This document shows, piece after piece, positions 13,801 through 27,341 of a stretch of 64,000 nt of DNA. Made by a program: the position numbers and the translations under genes. The notes beneath the pieces are model-generated. The model did not search any database. It saw only the letters and a list, made by a program, of their open reading frames with translations, and was not told where the DNA came from. Position 1 is the stretch's first letter. Every line of letters starts with the position of its first letter. The DNA is from Lingula anatina (taxonomy: Eukaryota; Animalia; Brachiopoda): the NCBI GenBank assembly GCA_051362555.1, contig CM120640.1, forward strand, positions 63,156,788 through 63,220,787, written 5' to 3'.

Positions 13801-15041
13801 TGATGGATGCTTTCAATTACCTTTTATCTCCTGAAAGAGGTCAAAACATAAAAAGTGGGAATGATACAATGACTCTTTGAAGCAGATGTATGCCCTTATT
13901 TTAAATATCTATGAATTAGTATTGTGCATTTTTCACATCCTGGCACCACCATGGTTGTTCAAATACGGTGAGAAAATAGCAGAAAGTACATTGTACACAT
14001 CTTTTTTCTTTTGATCTTTGCTACACAAAATTCCCCATGCAAAGCTTAGGGTCTCTCTCTCTCTTTCCGAGGCTACTCTTTCTCTCTGTTGGCTTATTAG
14101 TCAAAACTTGAATACTTTACATTTTACAGAACAAAACCCTTGCTTCATGTTTCTCCAAAAAAATATCTCAAAACAATAAATAGCAGCAGAACTGCTGCAT
14201 TCATCAGACAACAAATAGACAAGGGGATTAACATGATGTATATAAATATCTTGCTGGATCAGGTAGCAGTTATCAAAATGAAATATGGGTCTGGAATCCA
14301 GTGAAATAAACCACAAACCATGTGTAGACTCTCCATAATCAACAATTTATATTCCCAAAAATATTTGATCATTGTGTGTAAGGAATGTATGTCCATATCT
14401 AGTATGTTGCCTAGAAAAACATATACATGCACATATATATGTATATGTGCATGTATATGTGCATATATACATGCACATATATATGTATATAATAATATAT
14501 ATTAAAAAACAATTTCTTTCAAATGCTTTTAGATAAGTAGTGACTGTAGTAATCTGCTGCAGTACAAAAGCTGAAAGGTGTTCAAACACATAATTTATGG
14601 ATATGGTGATGCTGATATTAAAATTCTTTATATATCTTGCAGCTATGGAACAAATATAATGCTCTGTACAAGGTAACAATTAAGATATGAGGTTTGTTGT
14701 TACAAGTCTGTTCTTAAAATTTATCACTGGTACAAGCACATGCATGCACATACATATGAAACAATTCTACTAACCCGTTTTCTAGGCAAGAGATGAGCGA
14801 CTGTCCAACATACTACAAGCTGCATAATAAAGTGGGGTTGAAAAATGGAGCAAAAATACTGCAAGGGACATACTAGTCACTTTCTTGATGCCATAATAGC
14901 AGGCATGTTTTCAATGGGGCTATTATTGTATTGGAGGTAATGGTGCTAAGGTATTATTTCATCAGATCAAAACAAATTACTCAAGCATAATGGCAAATCA
15001 ATAGACATTGGGACAACCACATACTAATGCGATGCACATAC

Positions 15042-15848
15042 CTGGTTCTTATGGCTCAGGGCTGGTAATGATGTCCGACGCCCAACACGAAAACCCTGGG
15101 CACTGGATGAGCTTGATCTTCGCCTCTTGATGACCGGTATTTTGCCATCATGTGTTACAAATGTGCTGATGGGAGTCCTGTATATTGTTTCTATGTATTT
15201 GGCTGCCAGCACTCCAACCAAGCCAGCACTATACGATGTATAGGGTCGAAGCAGCTGGGGGAAATCCTGCAAGCTACTGCAGGCTAGGAACCTCAAGAAG
15301 CTAACACTCACTATGACCAACGCGCTTTGGGTAGTGTCTAGTGTGGAAAATAAACTAGAGATACACACCGAAACCAATACAATGCAGAGAAAACACGGCT
15401 GTGTGATGTACTGCTCAGCAGCATTGTTTGCATTGCACAGGAGCTGAGCGAGGAATTCGCCCACAAAACAAGAGCAAAAGAATAAATAAATACTAGTACT
15501 GTTCCATGCTCGCCTCAGATATACAGTCAACCAATAAAAAGCACATGATATACAGAATATTGGCACCAAAAGCGCACAAAATCTCTGAAATAGCTGGGCT
15601 AAATCGCACGTCCAAATCTCATAGGCGACTAGTCCAAGCAGCAGACTGCCGACTCCGTACACGGCCCATAATTGTTCCTTTGATAACTGTGTTGCCAGGC
15701 CATTTGCCCAGCTAACAATTACATTGTAACTACCTTGTTCCAATATCTTGACATAGTCATGAACGTAACCATTGTTTTCTGTTTCATCCTCTTCTTTTTC
15801 AGTACCTGAACGAGAGCTTCTCCTACCCAGCGAGTGTCTATGAGCCAT
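15042..15848 (-). CDS. PDE3: cGMP-inhibited 3',5'-cyclic phosphodiesterase (PDE3 family), first large coding exon with membrane-association region; gene continues beyond the left edge
   Basis: 269 codons with about six hydrophobic segments followed by KRRRSSSSS and RRTSLP basophilic kinase motifs typical of PDE3A/B N-termini; ends at phase-0 donor CAG|GTATGT. Catalytic domain is not in the window. Confidence 0.85.
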
Positions 15849-18800
15849 TTTGCCTTCTACACAACGCTAAGCATTCTGGGTAAATTAAAAGACGAGCGCA
15901 CCAGCTGTGAAAGTCTCATTGGCGCGACCTTTCAGAACTGAAATTAATTGTTTCATAGTCTGTGTCGGGGAGTATCGGTGAATTAAATTTACGTTAATAT
16001 CTCACTTTGATTGTGTTGATATAAAATAAGTGATTTTACACTGACAAAACATTTTGTTTGATGGGGTGGATAGGTATTTCTGGTACGTTTCCTTGCTGGA
16101 ACCCACAAGTTGGAAGGGGGTCAAGTAAAAACTGGCAAATTACACGAAATTAACCTTGCTGAGCTTAGTTATACTAAAGCCAACAATTTATCTGTATAGT
16201 TATCAAATGCAAACAACAAATTTGTTTGAAGAAAATGTCAAATATTATCTCATAACTGAGAGTCATTCAATCAATGAAATTTCATTTAGACAATGCAATA
16301 GACACAACTATTAAATAGTTTTAGTGCAAAGAAGCACTTCTCTAAAAGCACTTTATTCATATTTAAATTATTTAATATGTGAACCTGCATTCAGAATCAA
16401 TTCTACACAAAATTTATATTTCATTTAATGATTTATACATTCCATAGTCTACATTTTTTAGCATGGAAAACTTTAGGGATGGCACAGGTCCCATCCAGTT
16501 GGGTTAGAGATGTTGGACCTGTTAAACATGAATAACACTGTAAAAAAAGGAAAAATTTTGTAGTTGGTAATTAAGATAATAAATTTGGAAATATTTTAAT
16601 TGTCAATCTCATTACCCATCAAAGATAATTGGTAATGTATATTTTGCATTTGTTTTCATTTTATTGGGTGCTCCAAAGATTCATTTTGCTGAATCATTTA
16701 TCTACAGAACTGACAAAATTCTAATTAAAACCAGAGAGCAACACTGGGAAACACAGAGATAAAAGTTGTCGGATAATGGTAATTTTCAAAAGACACCTTT
16801 TACTTATCCAAGCAAACCCACTCAATAAGTTTAAAGAAAAACAAATTATGCGGCGAATATTGCAAAATGCGTGCATAAAAACACACACACAAAAAAATTA
16901 TAACTTATGTAAAACTAATCTGACCATGCTCAAATGAAACATTTTTTAACTAAATAAAGCCACTCGGTAAATTTAAGGTAAAACAATAATATGACTTGGC
17001 AGTTATAGGGGCTAATGTGTTGAAAGACCACAACTAAGACACGGACTAGACACAGTTATCAGAATATATACAGAAACACACTGTATCTGTATGTAATAAA
17101 AAAGCAAGAAATGCATCTTAATAATGTATTGGAAACCTAATTTCAAGTGGTTATTTTTCAGTTATGTATTTTGCCTGGCTGTCCCCAAATGAACCTTTGA
17201 AGACAGGAAAGAACCCTGGATATTAATAAAATATCAATCACTAGAAAACTCAATAAAAAATTCACAAGCACATATCAGTACATTATTTATTTTTATAAAC
17301 AAAATGCCCTGAACAGCTTTTTAACTGCTAGGTTGAGCAATAGATGCATGTGTGTATATACAAGCAACATAATAATAGAAAAGTTGAGCAATATTACTGT
17401 GCACTGCCAAAATTACAACACTTCAACCATGATACATTCAAGAAGCAATATATTTTCAAATTCATTTTTCTATGCACAAAGATCCCTGGAAATGTTCCAT
17501 GCCTTAAGTTGTACTGTGATCTTTTTCATCTGTGAAGTGCAACTCGCAACAACAGCGGTCTACAATTAATCTGACAGTTACATAGCATTTCTTGTGTTGG
17601 GGTTTTGATAATTTCAGAAATAACAAAATGCTTTTTACAACTATCACAAGCACTTTAAACCAACAAACAAGAGTCATAAAATAGTTATCTATCATGATGG
17701 TATCATTATAGAGTCCCCTGCTGTATTTCCAAGCTCAAAAGCCCTGATAGAAATATGTCTCAATATAGACATTAATATTCAAAATATCTATGTTTTACAC
17801 ATTTGACATTGGCAAGGTTGTTTAGCTCAGTTTAATTTAGGAATACTGTATGAAAGAATGAGTAACTCTGCTGTCAAGGAATGCTTGCACTTCTTGCTCG
17901 GATTGTAACAAGTGATGTTTGCTGTCTTAAAATCTCCCCCATTTTCTTTTCTTTGTGAACAATGTGTGTGTTTATCCCAAAGGCATGTCCTTTTCAAATA
18001 ATACATAAAAAATAACAACCAGTGCTCAAATAGTGAAAATACAAGTAATGCATGTAATAATTCCTATTGCCATGGGTCAAAAGAAAATTTAAAAGAAGTG
18101 GTTTTAAAGGCATTTATATATGCAACAGTCTTAATTAGAAACTGACAAGTGCTAAAAATTTGAGGTGGTTAATTGTATATCTACTTGTCTTAATCCCAAA
18201 TATACACACATTCCTTTTAAAGTGGCCTACTAAGTTCATATACCTGGTGGCCAATTTGTCTTCCAGTGATCTATAACATTATGCCAGAGTTGCTAGAATA
18301 CTATTTTTGATGGAGCTCTGTCATTAAAATTGATGGGGTTCTTTCCCTGGAGAATATATATTTGTAACAGCAAGTATCTATTTGCAGGACCATGCCAAGT
18401 GATTTACTCACCATCAATTTTTCAGATGAAGAAGATATTTTTTAACATTGGGTATAATGTTATGAACTTAATGCCGATTACATACAATTGTTGTATATAT
18501 CTGTCTAAATTATAAAACTTATACTTTCATTAGATAGTTATAAAAAAACATTAAAATATTATCAAAGAAAGCCAAAAACACAATTAAAGCCTATTTTGGT
18601 AGTATTTTGCTTTTATGAATTTTATAAAACTGAGATAAATTACATGAAAGTAAGCTCTTTAACTTTCTGTTCTCAAAAAGTTTTTTCTACAATTCCTTTA
18701 CCAAAGAAAGACCAATGCTTGAACCCTGGTAAAAATGGAAATACCTTATCACTTAATGTTTCCTTAATCTCCACTGTGACCCTGAAGGCTTCCTAGTTGA

Positions 18801-19833
18801 TATGAAACAGAATCATTAACTCTTATAATTATAAATATGCCCAAATCCAATACTCAAATGAGAGAAACACAAACATCTCTGCTATTGACGACTATGAATA
18901 AAACAAAAGCATCTCACTAGTTGAGTTGAGTGGCTTTACACTGATCTAAAACTCTACTTCATTCCAAACAAATGTCAAAAATGAGCTTCTGAGAAATCAA
19001 CTTAATGCTCAGTTACCACTTATAAACATTTCAATTTTTTTTTAGTATCCCAAATCAAGATTTCACAGTTCACCTCCCACTTACCTTAAGTAATAAAAAT
19101 TAAAAAAACACTAAAGAATTGCACACAACTTGCTTGAATGCCATTTAATTACAAGAGTGGGCACTAACTCTCCATTACAGTAACTACATGTATGATCTCA
19201 TCATCTATCAGCACTTCATTTATTTAAAAAATGAAACACCAGTATATCTATCACAGTTTTTTCTTTAATTTAATACTGATAATGAATGTGGTAGTGACAT
19301 AGCACTGGTTTTCTCATTCCTTGTCATGTTAAATATCTTTTGCAGTCCATCAGTGGCAACTCTGAAATAATAAAAAAAAAAGTTTGCTTTATCAATATAC
19401 AATTTTCCTCAAACATGATAAATTTGTTGCATTTTATTATATATGCTATGGCATATAACATATGACTGGACAACATTTCCTTTTCATCTTTTTTTACTTG
19501 TTATCTATCAGTTGACAAATTAATTGTACACAGCTACACATAAAGTAATGACTCAATCTTTTCATTGCGGAAATTGTGAAATTTACAGATGAAATATTTT
19601 TCAAAGTTTAAATAACAATCCTATGAAGTGGTAGCAAGAAAATTAAAAAGCAGGCTACTCAACAGTTCTATTCTATATGGTAAAAGCACCAACAATGCTC
19701 TACAGGGTATTTTTAAAATAAATCTAAAATTATGCATCTGAAAGATTTTCCCAATTGAAAAGATCAAATCATAAACCGAGTCACTTTTTGATAAATAAAG
19801 AGAGCATATACAAATATACTCACAAAAATGTTT

Positions 19834-22800
19834 TTAACGTGTAAATGGTCTATTTAAATCTTGTGCATGACTTGGTAACACTCCTTCCTTCTTTGTCCAG
19901 TCTTCCTGCTTAACGGTCATGTCAACTTTCAAGCTGTCCAGTCCTCCTTTTTTTACTTTGCTCATGCATTCTTGTAAGAAATCTATATGGTTCTCAGGTT
20001 TATGAATCAATAGCTGTGTCAATAAACTCTGAAAGTAAAAGAAAAACAGCAACTTAGATTCAATCCATTAATCAAGATCAATAGTCTATAAGACTGTAGC
20101 ATTGCAAATGTATGCAAAGCATAAGAGCAATTAGCTGAGAGAATAAAGTGGTATCAGAGTATTCACTTTAACCTTTGTCATAAGCTGATCACAGATTCCA
20201 TTACATGGAGGAGAGGGATGGTACAGCAGTAGATAGCTTTCCCTGTGCTTACCAATTATTTTGGCTCCATCCAAATTATACTTAAGTATTCAAATGTACC
20301 TGCCACAACTCCCTCCATTAAACTTGCCTTTACCTTTGAAAAAGTGCATGACACAAGAAAACCTAAATAGTAGACATTTTAACTTTTAAAAAGTCTCATT
20401 CAGGTTTGGAATGCTTTAAGGCATTGTCTAGTGATTAAACTGATTAATCTTAAATATCTAAAGATTAATTACAAACAATCTATATAAATTTTGATCAAAG
20501 TGTTCGTGTATAACCATAGCACCAATGCTAAGATGAAAAAGCAATCAATATGGACATAAATGCATGTACTTAAAGAAAAAGAGTTATGTATGTATTCTGT
20601 AACATATACAATTACCTGAGAGAGAATGTACCCATTTTTGTCAATGAAATATTTCATTCTTTATTAGTGAAAGTTGAACAGCTGGTCCATGGGAATTACA
20701 AAACTGGGTGTGGGATATAAGTTTCACATTTATTTTTGTGATATTACATAAAATAACATACTGATCACAAACAATTTATTCACTTTCAACCAAGTTCCAG
20801 CAGTAATTTTCAAACCTTTCTATGAAAGATGGAAAGGGTGCATTCAATTCAGAAAGAACTGAAAGTAGACCATTATCATATTTCCTTACTCTGTACAGGC
20901 CCAACTCAGGAGGTTGTCTGATAAGGATTAACTATCTAATTGAAGTCAACCTATCCAAGGAGTTTTAATATTGAAACTCCTTGATCTAACAGCTTGCAAC
21001 TTGCTTCAATAAGAAAGGTAGTGGCAGTGACAACAGAATGGATGTACTCCATGCAGTCAACTAATTGTAATCAGACATCCTGTCTAAGTTAAGTCAGTCC
21101 AAATTGAGTGAAACACTAGTGCATATTTAATATGCCATGCAGATATCACAGGTTGAATTTGTTGCTTTCGATCAATGCTACAAAGACACACTTATGTTCC
21201 ATGCAGCATTCATAGACCTTATATGCTTGCATGCTGCCTGTGCCTCTTGAACATTGAATTAATGTGAATATGATGAAGGGTATCTTCACACCTTTCAGGC
21301 AATCACTTTTCTTTCAACGTAAGGCCACACTTTTTTAATTTTATGGATGACATCCTGCGCGCGCACGGATTTTCGCCCGTTCTCCAAAAAAAAAAAAAAA
21401 AAAGCCCCCCCCCCCAGCCCCCAACGAAGTCGGTTGTCGCAAACGTTGTTATTGAATTTGCAAGGAAATGAGCTTTCTGCGCATGCGTATTTTCGCCACG
21501 TGGAAATGCGGCTACTTTGCTGTCAAATTCATCTCTAGGATTACTTTCAAATTACACAACAATAAAAGTCATAAAGAGAACGGGCGCCATCGTTTTGGAT
21601 TGGTATGCCATTGATATTGGGCATGGAGATATCACCTTTTTACAATTGTGCGAAAGGCTGGCGGCGGCCGAAACATTTCTGTGACATTCTGTATGAAGCA
21701 GCACATTAATACCAGGTTTTCTGTAGCGAAAAAAGGGTCAACAAGGGCGTCGAGGTATTTGGTGGGCTGAAGGTCGGACAGGCCACCTGACAGTTTAGCT
21801 GCTTCGTGTGAGTTGAAGTTGACAAAATGGCATCGTCTGAAATGACCTTTAATAGATTTGGTAGTATTAAGCATATCTTTGCATCATTTTTTAAACATTT
21901 CTGTGAAGTGTTCAAAATGTTTTAATATTCTGAGAATACAAATAAAGACACACTGTTTGATTGATATTTGTTTTATTGATTGCTATACCAAATGAATGCA
22001 TGAAATAACCTTAAATAGATTTGGTAATATGAAGTATATCAATTCATGACTTTTTTTACATTTCTACGACGTATTCACAATGCTTTAATATTTTGAGAGC
22101 ATGGATAAAGACATATTGTTAGTTTGATACGTGTTTCTGTGGTTAAATTTGTGTTTCCAGCTGTGTACTGACAGCATTCCTTTACTTAAGCAGTTTTTTT
22201 TTTTTTTTTTGACTGTTTTTTTTTTTTTTTCGCCCTCTCGCACCGATTTTGGGGTACTCAGAGGATGTCATCCATAAAAATAAAAAAGTGTGGCCTAAGT
22301 AAGAATTATAATTTCATATCAGCCTTCAGCAAAACTCAATCAGCCAAAAGGACTTTCAGTCAACTGCAATAATATCTATTTTATGTTTCAATACAGAGTG
22401 ATTTGCAATAATATCTATTTTATGTTTCAATACAGAGTGATTTGAGTTTATCACAACATGAATATCCTTTCCTCAAAGGCAAGTTCAATAATAACTTCAT
22501 CACGAGAAACTACAAATTTGTATACTAGTACATGTATGAATATTATGTATCATTGAAACACAATGTTAAAAAACTGCTTTCTATATCCATTTAGAAGTTG
22601 ATTTCACTAAATTGAAAAAAAAAGAAAAGAAAGAAAGAAACTGAAGCCCCTAAAATTATCAAGTTTGGCTAATACAATGAAATTATTTGTTCCTAACTTC
22701 ATTTTGCTGACCTAAAATACAAAACTTACTTCCCTTTGAAGAGGGCATGAGGACCCTCATACTTCCATTCTTAGCATCATTTGATATTTTTGGACTGGTA

Positions 22801-23927
22801 TGACCTCCACAAACAAAGTTTGTTCATTTATCTACTGTGGTCAGTATAAAATTACCAGGTGCAGTCTTCAAATCACCAACTTTTCTATGGCATTTCCTTT
22901 ACCCTTTATCAATTTAAATTATTATTTATTCCGGTTCAAGGTCATTTTAAAATGACTAGGACCTAACAATATACTTAATCTGTAACTAAAGTGCTAAAAC
23001 TACGATTACAATTTAACATGGATTTTCACAAGGATTGTTTTCAAACAATATCATCATTACGGTATATTATCAATTGTTTTAATTGACTAGGTGGTAGTTG
23101 ATATATGAATAACTCTGATACTGAAATTTACATTTAGTAACTGACAGAGGATGACTTCACCATTTTAGACCAGGAGGAAAACTGGAGCAAATGTGGCATC
23201 AAAAAAGCCATGTGGGAATGGGTGGAAAAACCAACACTGAACAAGAAAGGCCTCAGGTTTTACCTCTCACACATATGGGACAGTACACTGGAGACTATTC
23301 CTAGTCATATGACAACAGTTTAGGTGACCAGTCCATCAAGGTCATTTACCTAATGAAAGGTCTCTGGTTGAGACCGAGATATTCACAATTATCATTCCTT
23401 TTCTACAAGATGATTAACAACATTCATTCATAGACGGTGGATAGTTTAGAATATTCTTTCTTTTATTGTTGCATATTGTAATTTAAGGGTAATATTTTTT
23501 ATCATTTTTAAGTCACGTGATTGCAGAAGATATCTGAATTGTTTTGTGTGTGGGAGAATATTAGTAAAAATGTAATGTCATGGGCCTGCAAAATATGCTA
23601 TTTTCCCTCTCAATTTTTTGAAGAACAATATAATATTTATAGTGACTTCCAAATGCATTCTTGATATCTGTTTTCATCTGTGTATTTTCAGGAATGTACT
23701 GTTATCCACATCTTTTCATAAACTGACTTTTTTGGCACCATAATAAACCCTATCAAAGTACCATGCCATCGGCAAGCAGGTGTCCGATTCCGAGAGCGAA
23801 AAAAGCTTGGTCAATTACAAACGAATTAAATCATACCATTTACATTTTTTCACACAGTTGTACTCACCGAAAAAAGCTGTGGTACTTGATGGTCTGCTAA
23901 ATAATATTTGGCATCGTCCTTACTCAT
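19834..23927 (-). CDS. 84-aa Dpy-30/RIIa-type dimerization/docking domain protein, similar to the adenylate kinase 5 N-terminus
   Basis: Exon 23927-23868 (MSKDDAKYYLADHQVPQLFS, donor GTGAGT, phase 0) joined to exon 20028-19834 (SLLTQLLIHKPENHIDFLQECMSKVK...FTR*, acceptor ttttactttcag). AKxYLxxxxVPQLFxSLLxxLxxxKPExxxxFL pattern matches AK5-type D/D domains. Donor GTGAGT at 19823 and acceptor before 19361 suggest a non-coding 3' exon. Confidence 0.8.
21323..22295. mobile_element. Non-autonomous PIF/Harbinger-like DNA transposon
   Basis: ~34-bp TIRs GGCCACACTTTTTTAATTTTATGGATGACATCC / GGATGTCATCCATAAAAATAAAAAAGTGTGGCC, TAA on both sides, CpG-rich interior with an internal ~165-bp diverged duplication (about 21842-21980 and 22005-22140). 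Confidence 0.88.
22365..22444. repeat. Exact tandem duplication, ~39-bp unit
   Basis: tgcaataatatctattttatgtttcaatacagagtgatt twice. Confidence 0.92.
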
Positions 23928-23929
23928 CT

Positions 23930-24335
23930 TTTTGGTTATAAGTCACGTTGTCTTACAGTGAAATGAACAAACTCGCTTGTTTGTTGTCAACATGGATACC
24001 CTAACATCCAAGACGCACCAAACAAATATGTAAGTACTTGTGATCATTTGACACATTTTGAAAAACCAAAAGAAGCCAAATAATGATAGTGATATCAAAT
24101 ATTTATTTATTTTATTCGTATAATTGAAAAATGTCACAGTTGTAGCAACTTATAAATCTTGTCTTGTAGAACTTAAAAGGTCAAGGTTGAGGTCTAACGG
24201 CAGCCATATTGTCTTGGGGGAGCATTTCTTCTTATTACTTCGGGTGCCACCGCTTGTCACTGAGATAACAAACGGAAATAATATCATAAAAACGGGGAAT
24301 CTGTTGTTTCAGGCGTATTATATATGGGTAAGTTA
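23930..24335. promoter_or_regulatory. Probable bidirectional promoter between the D/D-domain gene (-) and the 5' non-coding exon of CNOT2 (+)
   Basis: CpG-containing stretch directly upstream of the ATG at 23927; RFX X-box-like GTCAACATGGATAC (23986-23999), YY1-like CAGCCATATT near 24201, + strand donor GG|GTAAGT near 24328. Confidence 0.5.
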
Positions 24336-26220
24336 TCCCTTAATAATTAAACCTTAATCTATAACAGGTTGCTAAGCTTGTCGTACACACGACACTGTCC
24401 CCAGCTCAATTTCTGAATCTTCCAGTTCTTGTCAGTGCAGTTTTGCCTTTGATTTTCTAGATGCTGAACTTGTGAACCCCTTGCTTTGTGCATTCAACCA
24501 TTTGCCGTAAACGAAGACAATGGGTGCTTTTTAATTTTGAATTTTCCATTCAATTCTCGATTTCCACAGTATATTTTTATACCAGAACGTAAAATCACTT
24601 TGTTTTGTTTTTTTTTACCTGGGGCCTGTTTTAAGGTGATAAATGTTCAGTGTGGTTTGTCAAATCTATGTTTCAAATTTACAAGTTGAAAGTACATGCC
24701 ATGCATCTTGTATCCATTATATCTTTCACAGTTATTTTCAGATATGTACTGTAAATTATCAATTTAGTAGATATCCAGTATCACATGTATACCCAGTAGT
24801 TGTCTGTGTGTTAAATATCACTTCAGACTCTGTCATATTGCCAAGGAGAGCCACCAGTGTTGAGTGGCCAACATGGTGGACAGCCTGACAATAAGCATAT
24901 TTGTTGAGTTGGATAAACAATATCAATTACCTAGTAATATATTTTGTTTTTATTTTCTCACCCTACTTTTGCGAAAGACCGTTTCCTGTGTTTACATATG
25001 ACTGGACTCATTTTTTCTAGTGTATTGTGCTGTGTTGGGCTGTTTTGCACATTTTATCATCAGTGCTACCAAGACAACTGATAGATCAATAGATCAATCA
25101 TCAGCATTTATCATAGGAAATTATTGTATGTAAGTGTTAAGAATACATTGATAGACATGTTTTTGTCTGTCCTAGTTGATTGTAAGGGAAGCTCTGTATT
25201 GACTGGAATAGATTGAACGTAAAGAAACATGACACCAAATCTACAAAGTTACAATACTCCATTGCTGTTTATTACTGGTTAAAGTTGGGAAAGCTTTGCT
25301 CTAGAGATCATGTCCTCCTGCTTGTAGCCTTGTCCAAAACTTTTTACAAAGGTACATTATCCAATAAAGCCTTGTTGGGAAAATCCACTGAATTTGTTAA
25401 CAGTGATGTTCATCCTTAACAAAACTTTTAAACACAATTAATTAAGCTCTAGAATATTAATGTTTCTGGATATTGATGATAAGAATTATGAAATTAAATT
25501 ATATTACACAGGCCAAAATTAATAACACATTTAACATTAATTTTGTTCAACAATCATGTCAAATTTATAGCCACAGGTGATATTGTAGAATAACATGATA
25601 TCCATCATTTATAGTTTTTATAAGGCTTTTGAATGACCTTTTCTTAAACCCCTCAGGGAGTAAATATTGGAAACCAGTATGTATAATGGATTAAGGAAAT
25701 AGAATAGTGATGAATTAGTGGTTTATGAATCACAACTTTAAAGTGCTCAGCAATAGTTGTTTTGACATAAAAATCTATAATGATACATTTGATTGCAGTA
25801 AAAAGGCATTTGCACCTTGTCAGAGAGGTATATAGCAAAAAAAAAAAAGGCACAGGAAACGGTGTCACTTATTGTGGAAGATTGTGTTTATATTGGCCTT
25901 AATATGAATTCTTTGCATCATTGCTGTCAAAATAACTAGTTGTCAGACTAAAGCAGAATTACCATTTGATTATCATTTTAATTATTCTTTTTTTTAATGC
26001 AGTTATAAGGTTTTTGGCAAAAAATGAATTATAAAATTTATTCCATTTTAAGAAACTCATACTCTTCTCCCCTCAGTTTCATTTGCCTTAGACATTTTTA
26101 TCTCTGAGAAGGAGGGATTATGTTTTTGGGTCCATTTGTTAGTTAGTTTACTAGTACGTATCTGTTTGCAGCATTATGCAAAAAAGATGTGGATAGATTT
26201 TGATAAAATTTTCAGGATAG

Positions 26221-26583
26221 CAGACATGGTGAAAACTATTCAGAATGGTTGGACATTTGGACCAGCAGTAGTGAAAAATTTGCCAGACCGAATGGATTTT
26301 TGTCGGACCGAAAATCACCCTATTCGTTTGAGACAGATACTACCAGTATGATTAGGGTAGCTGACTTTGTTTGTGAATGTGCTAGGTTTGAAATGGAAGG
26401 GAAAAAACTCTTTGGGTCTTAAATAATTTTATTAGTGAAGTATGTTGAATGATGACTGTAAATTCAAAATTGCAGTTCTTAAAACTCTTGTCGGTCCTTT
26501 GGAGCGACCAAGTCCAAATTTTTACCAGTCCAGACAAATTTTGCCAGTCGTGACCGATCGGACCAACAGTTTCAGCATGTCTG
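26221..26583. mobile_element. Non-autonomous TIR element with 6-bp direct flanks
   Basis: CAGACATGGTGAAAAC...GTTTCAGCATGTCTG flanked by ggatag on both sides; subterminal ggacc/gacc repeats. Confidence 0.75.
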
Positions 26584-26720
26584 GGATAGACCACCAATGG
26601 GCCAAGGATGTAATGATTAAATTTTGGGAGTGATACAGACTACCATTGCAATGTGTTCACAGTTCTGCTTCGAAGCTACACAAGCAGTTATTGTAGTAAT
26701 TACGTCCTGACTTATCTTAA

Positions 26721-27341
26721 AGCAATAATAACTCTTCCTTTGAGATTCAAAATTCCGCATGAAAAACATTGTAAACAACGCATGGAAATATATTCTATTG
26801 TATTTTACCACTAAAACGGCCGTTATTGCAGTAAAACTAAAATCTGTGCCTGTCAATAGGGCTTTCGATGCTTTCATCAAGGCATTCGTTGCTAATGACG
26901 TAATGGTGTCACGCGGATTCTCGCGTTCATTCGAGACCAAAATAACATATGGCGCCAAACGCATTAATGCGGACGCAGACGTAAGTTGCGAGTTTTTATA
27001 CAGTGCGTCGGTTAACGAAAAGCCCAGAATGGCACACATTGTGGATATTAATGTATTTTTAACAAAAAGACGAATATATCTCATGAATCTTATATAGTGT
27101 TGTTGTTGTCTGCTTTTCCCGCGGTTTTAAGTAGGTCAACAGTGACTATGCGATGTCAGAGAGAGCTCCGTCAGTTAAAATCTCTTAAGAGATTTTAACA
27201 AAAAACCGTACGTTTAGGAAAAAAACCCTGGATTAACTTTGAATGCAGGAATGGGGTCGCTGACCATTGGTAAGTACGGGAAAATTGCCGTTTACTCCAG
27301 GAAAATCCAATTTTTGGTCAAAATGAAGAGTTATTATGACT
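26721..27341. mobile_element. Kolobok-like non-autonomous element (TTAA TSD, AG...CT termini)
   Basis: ttaa|AGCAATAATAACTCTT ... AAGAGTTATTATGACT|ttaa; CpG-rich core; diverged relative of its right end at about 59165-59290. Confidence 0.75.

Noticed and set aside
26617-27097. Overlapping 155-aa and 112-aa ORFs
   Set aside because: Lie inside a TTAA-flanked non-autonomous element; no recognisable domain or splice context.
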